Made by a program: the position numbers and the translations under genes. A DNA stretch of 64,000 bases from a virus: IMG/VR virus record IMGVR_UViG_3300042868_009489, one strand, 5' to 3'. Of the stretch, positions 62,675 to 64,000 are shown piece by piece (within the stretch, counting starts at the first letter, position 1; each line of letters opens with the position of its first letter). The notes below the pieces were generated by a model. It saw only the letters and a list, made by a program, of their open reading frames with translations. It had not been told where the DNA came from and did no database searches.

Positions 62675-63730
62675 TTACATTTCGTTAGTAACTTGTACTT
62701 CGTAGTTACGGGCAAGTCTAACGTTCTTAGCAACTGTGATACCTTCACCGTCACCAAGCATTACGATGTCGTAACGCTCTTTCATCTTCATCGAACGAAT
62801 GTCACGTGACGGATCATCAAATTGATCTGTGCTCATGTCATCCTTGACGAGAAGACTGCCAACCTCATTACGATCAATGAGGAACAGGTCTGACTTAGCT
62901 AATGTTGCACCGCTCTTAGCTGTGAAGCTAACAAATGGTGACACTAACACGTTCAAACCCATAGGGGCTGTTGCGTTAACTGCGCCATCCTTCGACTGTG
63001 GACGGTAGCCCCAGCTGGTATTAACAGCTGATGCAGCGCCGCCCATGTGGAAGATCGAGTCCTTGAGGAAGACCGACCACATCAGTGGGTGAAGAATGAA
63101 GTCTGTTGGTATATGGTTTTCGGCCATTAGAACAGCTGCCATGTCGACAACATCGTCCCAGGTAACAGTGCTGTTGTAAGCACCATCAATCCCACGACCT
63201 GTTGTATCGTCATAGCTGCCACTGTCGTTGTCGAATACAATTGTAGCTGCATCCTTAAAACGACTAAGAGCAATTTGCTCTTTCAAACGTGCCATTGCAC
63301 GGCCTGCGGCACGTACATGGAGGCCTACGATGTCCCAAAGAGAATCGGCAATAACTTCCTCTGTGAAAGCCAGCTTAACGCCCTTCTTCGACACCTTACC
63401 CTCGATTTGCTTAGCAAATGCGAGAGCTTGTTCTGGGTATTCTTGTCCTTCTGGGATCTCAGCAGCTTGAATTGCGTTTACCGCTGGAAATTCCAAAGAA
63501 CGACCCTTACCAAGGCGTACTGTAGAAAGAAGCGGGGTTACCAAAAGCTGTGGTTCGGCTGCTTCGCGCAGAGTACGAGAAATTACTTTAGGAAACAAAG
63601 CGGCTGCGTCTGACGAACCGAATGCTTCCTTGATTGTAACTCTGTTATCTGTGTCGATGTAACCATCTTCAGCAAATGCGGCTTCCCAAGCTGGGAGACC
63701 CGAGAGGAGTTCTTGGATTGTCTTACTCAT
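62675..63730 (-). CDS. Major capsid protein (HK97 fold)
   Basis: 351 aa; AAEIPEGQEY, KKG..LAFTEE.I.DS, PT..ILHP..W, ER.D; strong RBS AGGAGG; biased codon use; terminator. Confidence 0.85.
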   Translation of the reverse strand: MSKTIQELLSGLPAWEAAFAEDGYIDTDNRVTIKEAFGSSDAAALFPKVISRTLREAAEPQLLVTPLLSTVRLGKGRSLEFPAVNAIQAAEIPEGQEYPEQALAFAKQIEGKVSKKGVKLAFTEEVIADSLWDIVGLHVRAAGRAMARLKEQIALSRFKDAATIVFDNDSGSYDDTTGRGIDGAYNSTVTWDDVVDMAAVLMAENHIPTDFILHPLMWSVFLKDSIFHMGGAASAVNTSWGYRPQSKDGAVNATAPMGLNVLVSPFVSFTAKSGATLAKSDLFLIDRNEVGSLLVKDDMSTDQFDDPSRDIRSMKMKERYDIVMLGDGEGITVAKNVRLARNYEVQVTNEM

Positions 63731-63782
63731 CTAGGATATTTCCTCCTGTTTAATTATTTCTTTTTTTATTTTCTTTTTTTTA

Positions 63783-64000
63783 TTAGAGTGTTAAATTGAC
63801 GCGGAAAGCACCAATAACATTCGTAACATCTAGGTTTGCACGGATACCGAGTTTACCGGAGAACGAGCCTGATCTTGTGAGCTCATAAACTGTCTTGAGC
63901 GCACCTGGATCCGATGGAAGTTGCATGTAGGAAAGTAGTCCGTCATCAAAGTTTGTAGCAAACTTCTCGACTTCAATAACCTTACCTACCATCAAGTGTG
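63783..64000 (-). CDS. 3' part of the capsid-upstream (decoration/cement-like) gene
   Basis: Open frame entering from the right edge and ending just before the capsid RBS. Confidence 0.55.
   Translation of the reverse strand, partial: HLMVGKVIEVEKFATNFDDGLLSYMQLPSDPGALKTVYELTRSGSFSGKLGIRANLDVTNVIGAFRVNLTL

Noticed and set aside
208-63613. Numerous short plus-strand ORFs in the track
   Set aside because: Antisense shadows of long minus-strand genes with no RBS or motifs; 45359..45991 is the exception.
1-64000. A suppressor tRNA gene, or stop-codon reassignment, in this window
   Set aside because: No cloverleaf seen in the short intergenic gaps; TAA, TAG and TGA all end genes, and the breaks need a frame change rather than readthrough.

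Overview
The window is the virion-morphogenesis (late) region of a large AT-rich contractile-tailed phage. Almost all genes are on the minus strand. Reading from the right end: capsid decoration and HK97-type major capsid protein, several tail-fibre/collagen-like proteins, then a cluster of modification enzymes (six 2OG-Fe(II) oxygenases, two glycosyltransferases, an atypical glutathione peroxidase, a DUF6065-like protein) with two (Pro-Pro-Phe/Tyr-Phe)n proteins, then neck, two sheath-like genes, three tube-like paralogs, chaperones, two >2000-aa tape-measure/ejected-type proteins, a 3790-aa hub-like protein and a three-domain tail lysin. The main observation: ten genes are broken by eleven apparent +1 frameshifts, each at an in-frame CGG codon (CGGA x10, CGGG x1), and skipping the C restores a Gly codon and the full gene. 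A manual scan found no other in-frame CGG in the real genes of the window. This suggests CGG(R) acts as a programmed +1 / quadruplet codon. Also notable: a 23-nt match to 23S rRNA helix 69 (the I-CeuI site) antisense in the capsid 3' UTR, and a candidate prolyl-hydroxylation/glycosylation system for virion proteins. All family calls come from motif recognition only; no searches were run.
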